Of a DNA stretch of 64,000 nucleotides, positions 63,351-64,000 are shown in pieces. The translations under genes and the position numbers were made by a program. Source of the stretch: Candidatus Gottesmanbacteria bacterium (GTDB lineage Bacteria; Patescibacteriota; Microgenomatia; UBA10105; UBA927); the NCBI GenBank assembly GCA_963809665.1, contig CAWEKC010000005.1:104392-168391 (forward strand), read 5' to 3'. The notes beneath the pieces are model-generated. The model saw only the letters and a list, made by a program, of their open reading frames with translations, was not told the origin of the DNA and did not search any database. Each line of letters begins with the position of its first letter. Position 1 is the first letter of the stretch.

Positions 63351-64000
63351 TTACCTCGTCGGCAACGTAAAAGTAAAGGTAGAGCCCTTGCCGGGTTCGC
63401 TTGATTCCAGGACAACATCCCCATGCATGAGTTGGGCAAACTTTCTTGATATATAAAGTCCTAACCCGATGCTTTTTGCCGAAGACTGCAAACGGGCGCT
63501 GTCAATCTGCATAAACCGCTTAAAAAGCATCCGTTGATAGTCCTGCGGGATACCCCTGCCGGTATCTGTAATTTTTGTCGCTATCGCGGTGGGGCTCTCC
63601 TGATGCGTGATCGTGAGTCCTCCCTGCAGCGTGTACTTGATGCCGTTGCTCATCAGGTTTGTCAACACTTCTTTTGATTTCGTTTGGTCTGCGACAACCA
63701 TCCTGTGTTCAACGGAGAAAGGCTCGTGATTGATATAGAGTTTCCGGCTTTTAGCTAGGTCTGAAAGTTCCCGGATGACTTCATCGGTGAGCGCGACAAT
63801 ATCAAAAGGTTTTGTTTCCACCTGCAGTCTGCCCTGTTCAATCCGTGATATGTTCAGGTAATCATTAACGAGAACTACTAATTGTTCGGATGTTTTGTCA
63901 ATTTGCGTCAGGTGCTCAACTATTTTTTCGCGGCCCATTGTATCCATCTTTGTCAACAGTAAGGATGTTGCGAGGCGTATAACGGTTAGCGGCGTGCGAA
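63351..64000 (-). CDS. sensor histidine kinase (DHp + HATPase_c), N-terminus beyond the window edge
   Basis: N box LTNLMSNGIKYT, G1 box DTGRGIP, G2 box GLGLYISRKFAQLMHG; the ORF stays open to position 64000. Confidence 0.75.
   Translation of the reverse strand, partial: RTPLTVIRLATSLLLTKMDTMGREKIVEHLTQIDKTSEQLVVLVNDYLNISRIEQGRLQVETKPFDIVALTDEVIRELSDLAKSRKLYINHEPFSVEHRMVVADQTKSKEVLTNLMSNGIKYTLQGGLTITHQESPTAIATKITDTGRGIPQDYQRMLFKRFMQIDSARLQSSAKSIGLGLYISRKFAQLMHGDVVLESSEPGKGSTFTFTLPTR

Noticed and set aside
1-64000. Alternative genetic code (UGA recoding, as in Gracilibacteria/Absconditabacteria)
   Set aside because: UGA functions as a stop in several ATGA overlaps (e.g. 33529, 38084, 38992), and the long ORFs are intact under the standard code.
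1-64000. CRISPR array or cas genes
   Set aside because: No repeat-spacer periodicity is visible. The only short repeats are the two tRNA-end copies and a protein-coding 84-nt tandem repeat.

Overview
The window reads as a ~64 kb chromosomal segment of a small-genome, CPR/Patescibacteria-like bacterium. It uses the standard genetic code: TGA acts as a stop inside several ATGA start/stop overlaps. GC is ~50%, apart from a ~4 kb low-GC island near the 3' end. The window spans the replication origin: rpmH-rnpA-yidD-yidC-jag on the minus strand, dnaA-dnaN on the plus strand, with DnaA-box clusters upstream of dnaA and between dnaA and dnaN. Also present are a near-complete mevalonate pathway operon ending in uppS, nadD-nadE, smpB plus tmRNA, comF, thiamine pyrophosphokinase, dnaG-rpoD, and several tRNAs (four Ser isoacceptors and two Arg). 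The accessory content is dominated by type-IV-secretion-like components: a VirB4 ATPase, a VirB3-like membrane protein, an M23 peptidase, a VirB6/TrbL-like polytopic protein, an array of six tandem TrbC/VirB2-like pilin paralogs, a seventh copy and a Cys-rich pilin-fusion protein elsewhere, and an adjacent ECF sigma factor. The low-GC island begins at a tRNA-Asn gene interrupted by a ~190-nt group I intron and lies next to a LAGLIDADG-like ORF. Two degenerate copies of the tRNA 3' end partition the island, which ends with a SemiSWEET transporter. Several genes look frameshifted or truncated: an archaeal-type thiolase, an O-antigen-ligase-like gene, a GT-C glycosyltransferase plus a PBP fragment, and possibly a DUF4012-like gene. 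This means either assembly indel errors or gene decay. All calls come from reading the sequence and the supplied ORF translations; no searches were run.
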